Origin: Eledone cirrhosa
Taxonomy: Eukaryota
DNA length: 64,000 bases
Reading direction: 5' to 3'
NCBI GenBank assembly: GCA_964016885.1
Contig: OZ024747.1
Coordinates: forward strand, 91,698,001 to 91,762,000
In this document: piece after piece, positions 59,829 through 64,000 of the stretch
Position numbering within the stretch: the first letter of the stretch is position 1
Layout of the letters: every line of letters starts with the position of its first letter
Position numbers and translations under genes: made by a program
The notes under the pieces: model-generated
Told to the model about the DNA's origin: nothing
The model's database searches: none
What the model saw: the letters and a program-made list of their open reading frames with translations, nothing else

Positions 59829-60043
59829 GGGCGGTGGATTGGCAGTATCAGTAGAGGGTCGGACGCCATGCTTTGCAGCATAGTCACGGCCCTTTATGAT
59901 CTGAGTTCAAATCCCGCCGGGGTTAAGTTTACCTTTCATCCTTACGAAGTCGATAAAATAAAGTACCAGTCACGCACTGGGGTCAACTTAATCGATATTC
60001 CTCTTCCCCAAAATTGCTGGCCTTGTGCCTATAAAAGAAACCA
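59829..60043 (+). mobile_element. tRNA-derived SINE family B, near full length
   Basis: B-box GAGTTCAAATCCC; decayed minus copies at ~34690-34806 and ~60510-60650. Confidence 0.85.
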
Positions 60044-63000
60044 GTTGTAGGTTGCATTTGTTTTTTTCTGTTTCGATTTTAATAAAAAATTCTTTCTTTT
60101 CTGTGCTCTATTTCTTTGTTCTTAATATGTATTCTTTGTGACATTTTTGTTTTAATTTATAGAGTTAATTGCTAGCAATAACCCTCCAATAATTCTTGGT
60201 GCAATGATAACATTTATAGAATATACAGAAATATATATGACCGAAGCAACAGAGCATATAAATATATACAACGTAAAACCTCTAAGTTCTGCAAACACGA
60301 TACATAGACTATTTACAATATAATAAAAACACTAAAACAAAACATTGCACGTATTCAAGAGACAAAGGTTTCAGCAAAATGAAATACAAACAGAAAAGAG
60401 GTAGAATAAATATACACCAGTGAAGGACTAACAGAATGACAAGGCGATCACAGTTTAGGATATGACAATTCATAGTGGAATAGGTCAAGAATAATTGGAT
60501 AGGTATTGTTATTTATATTATCGGCACAAGGCCAGAAATTCCAGGGAAGAGGAAGTCTATCATACGACCTCCGTACATAACTGGTATTTTATTTTATCGA
60601 CTCCAGAAGGATGAAACGTAAAGCAAACCACGGCGGAATTTGAACTCAAACGTTTTTCGTGAACGTTATAAACCAAAATAATAATATATTTGGTAAGTTA
60701 TACGTAAGTTATACTTGGATGAAATATATAGACATTGAACTTGTGTTGTCGAGGAGTTATGTATTACCGTATTGTTCGTGTATGGAATAAATGATAAACA
60801 CTCCTGTGCATAAATATAAGGTTAATTCAGAAATATAATATTAGCATGGCTGAATTAATTGAAATGAAATGATTCAAGGGTGAGGTGAAAGACAAAAATA
60901 GATACAAAGTAGGAAATTACGAAAGTAACAATAGCAATATGGTTGTTATTTGAATTCTACTAAATGCAAATTACAGTATATTTGCATACAGTAGAACATG
61001 AAGTGAGCACACAGGGTGACAGAAAAATAAACTGAGAGAAGAATACATAGATTAACTATTAAATACAGTGTATTGATAAACTATATAGTGTGTCGGAAGC
61101 GTACATCAAATATTTGAAGTTGTGTTTGCCACCAATAGCTGAAAACAGATCAATTTGGGATTTGCAAAAGGAAAATATAAAACCAAGCCAAAGTGTGAGT
61201 GTTAATGCTTCTCTATTCAGCATCGTAACACCCACACAAAAATGGCGAATCAAACATATTCTGTTCCATTTCATGACGGAAACCGTTAACCGATGTGTTT
61301 ATTGGTAGAGTCGAAGATATTGTTTCGTTCGTTTGTAGAATAAGTAGGTCAGTATTTCAGCTTTTCTGTGATTGCTGCGGTTCCTGTCTGATATTTGATG
61401 TTTTAACACAGTTATTTCAAATATCGGTATAAATGATGCTTATTTTATTTTTCCTGTTTTGAGATAGATCTGATTTATATGTTGCTGTTGTGCTCTTTGA
61501 ATAGAGCCATACTAGCTCTGATCAAAGTTCCCAATGATCAAAGTAGTTTCATGCGTGACAATCCTATCTTTTTGCATATCTAGGACATTGGTTCTGACTT
61601 TGCGTCACACAGAAGATCAAATAAAATTACTGACGCACTTCTCCCGGAAAGTTTTTTCAAAAGGTATTATGATTCGAAGGGAAACAAATTAATATACAAA
61701 ACAATTTCTTACCTTGTTTTATTAACAAGGCTCATGTTTAAGATGAGTTTGATGTTCTTTCGTGACTTTTCCCTGTTGGAATATATATACGATAAATGAA
61801 ATCTTATAACTTTGACAGGCTATTTAATCTTTCTCCCTTGTTGTATTTAATGTTGTTCGGTGGATAAGTACTAAAACAGAAATATAAAGTTGAAAATTGA
61901 GTCAAAATGAACAAAGATTTTGTTTTCTACCTATTAACAGAAATTCTTCTCCAAAGGGAAGCCAAATTTTCGCAAGAAACAGATACCCACATTTTATTTT
62001 AATTCACGATTATTGGATATAGAAGAAAATTATTCACTCTTCAGATAATTTCAAATATCTGCTGACTTTTCTATGAAATTGCTATATGAATCATAATTTT
62101 CTATTCTTAATTATGGAAATATAAAAGCTCAAATTCATTTCTAAAGTTGTAAAATACAACTATGATAAGAAAAACTTCCTTTGTTTTACTTATTAAAGGA
62201 AACATCAAAACTACCATCTAAAGCATTCCTTTTTCCAAACTACAATATATAATTCAAAATATTATTAATTTATTTAAAGATTCGAATCTATTCACATTTT
62301 TACACTCTATACTTATGTTCTGGCAGTTAGAGTAGTGAAATGTTCTAGATACCAGGTTAAAAAGAAGATATTCAAGACGTTATTTTTTAACCTTCTTCAC
62401 CCTTGACTTCTATCTGATTCTGACGAGTAAAAGTGCGCGTCTGAGCATTGAATCGATATCAATACCAACTTCTCAAAGCAACCGAATTGGATGCCTTTAA
62501 TAAAAGTCCCCATTTCGGCAAATTATCTAAACTTTGTTTCAATTCACCCTCTAATGTTTTTCAATCAGGGCTGCTCCATGGAAAAACAGTGGGAAATAAT
62601 ATCTAGAATTTAGTTATGTACATGTTTTAAATACTTACATGCAATCTACCATAGAAGAACTCGATCAGTATAAATAAAAGCACTTTTCTTCCAAGATAAT
62701 TCCCATTTTTCTAGGTAGTTATTTCAAATATGAAAAGTGTCTTCATCCTTTGAAGTTTTTTACTTTCTTTGCAACAATAACGAATGAAATGATTTACTAT
62801 TTGATGTCCATCAATAAAATTAATAGATCCAAATAGCTGCTCTTTTGCAAAGCAAGATTTCAATGATAAAGCTTATCACAGCATATAGTTTCCTTCCACA
62901 AAGGTTTTCCTTTGAGATAGCAACATTAGTTATTTCTTGTTCAGCTCCTCCATCTCCTCGTTTTGTCTTAATCAATCTACATACAGACAAAATAATTGAC

Positions 63001-63633
63001 TGTCTGTGTCTGAGAGTGTGTGTATGTGTGTATATCTGATTGTGTGTGTGTATATGTATGTTCTGAGCGTGTGTGTATGTATGTTCTGAACGTGTGTGTA
63101 TGTGTCTGAATGTGTGTGTGTATGTATGTGAGTATGTATGTGAGTGTGCGTGCGTGCGTGTGTGTATCTATGTATGCGTGTGCGTGTGTTTGTGTGGCTG
63201 TCCCATTATGTTTGAAAGCATGATGTACTCAATATATAAAGTTCATTGTAACAATGGTAGTAAATGAACTTAGATTTTCACCATAGTTTCTCGTTGCTAC
63301 GTATTCAATTCAGCTCGCGGGTTTATTTTTAATCTACTGGTTGATATATAGACTTATAAAGTTTGTTGAAAGAGAGGCTTATAAATTAAATATTAAGATT
63401 CTTATACTTAAATATGGATATAAATCTGACAAATAAACAGTTACGTAAGTGAAACATAGAGTAAAATCATAATGAAAAAAAGTAAAAAGGGGAGAGGATA
63501 GAGGGAAGGAGGAGACGACAAACTGACAGACAGGAAATAAAAATAAAAGGAATATATAACAGAAGCAAGAATAAGAGGGAAATAAAGAAATAAAGCAGAG
63601 ATAAGAAGTACGGTTTTTAATATATAATATAAT

Positions 63634-63940
63634 TGGAACTCCGTCGGTTATGACGACGAGTGTTCCAGTTAATACGGACAGGTGTTCGTGAAGTTAACGT
63701 GCAAATGTTTGAACATTCCGTAGACACTCGTACCTATAATGTAGTTTTCATGGAAATTCAGTGTGACACAAAATGTGAAAACGCTGGGTTATTGAACTAC
63801 GGGTACAACTCGTTTTTGCCAGATGAATGAACTAGGGGAACGTGAAATAAAGTGCCTTGCTCAAGGAACAACGTATCATCGGAAATCGAACTCACAATTT
63901 TATTTTCGTGAGCCATATAGCCAAATCCCTAGCCACGTAC
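63634..63940 (-). mobile_element. tRNA-derived SINE related to family A, different 3' tail
   Basis: GAGTTCGATTTC B-box; CCTTGAGCAAGGCACTTTATTTCACGTT core. Confidence 0.75.
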
Positions 63941-64000
63941 TTTCATTAGTATATCCTAAAACATCGAAAATAGTACACTTAAGGGCTACATCTTGTGAGT

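Noticed and set aside
61068-61308. Plus-strand 72-aa ORF with a GTGAGT donor
   Set aside because: No polypyrimidine tract and no recognisable homology

Overview
This is very AT-rich eukaryotic (animal) DNA. The repeat content (pervasive (TA)n, RTE and CR1 LINEs, tRNA-derived SINEs, Penelope-like elements) resembles an octopus or other cephalopod; this is an inference, not a database result. Nearly all long ORFs in the supplied track are microsatellite artefacts. Real coding remnants are Penelope-like (PLE) RT/GIY-YIG fragments, RTE and CR1 LINE fragments, and a probable promoter plus first two exons of a minus-strand host gene near 25.1-25.3 kb. The main hidden signal is RNA-level. Read by eye, the window holds about 24 type I hammerhead ribozyme (HHR) motifs from about 12 sequence families. 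They lie at PLE 3' ends, in inverted or palindromic terminal repeats, and in two non-coding tandem arrays (471-bp and 595-bp units, one HHR per unit) that look like retrozymes. Several families have variant cores (U3-A8, C4, and a fixed A4 'CAGAAGA'). Most of these inserts sit in (TA)n tracts and many carry an inverted end.
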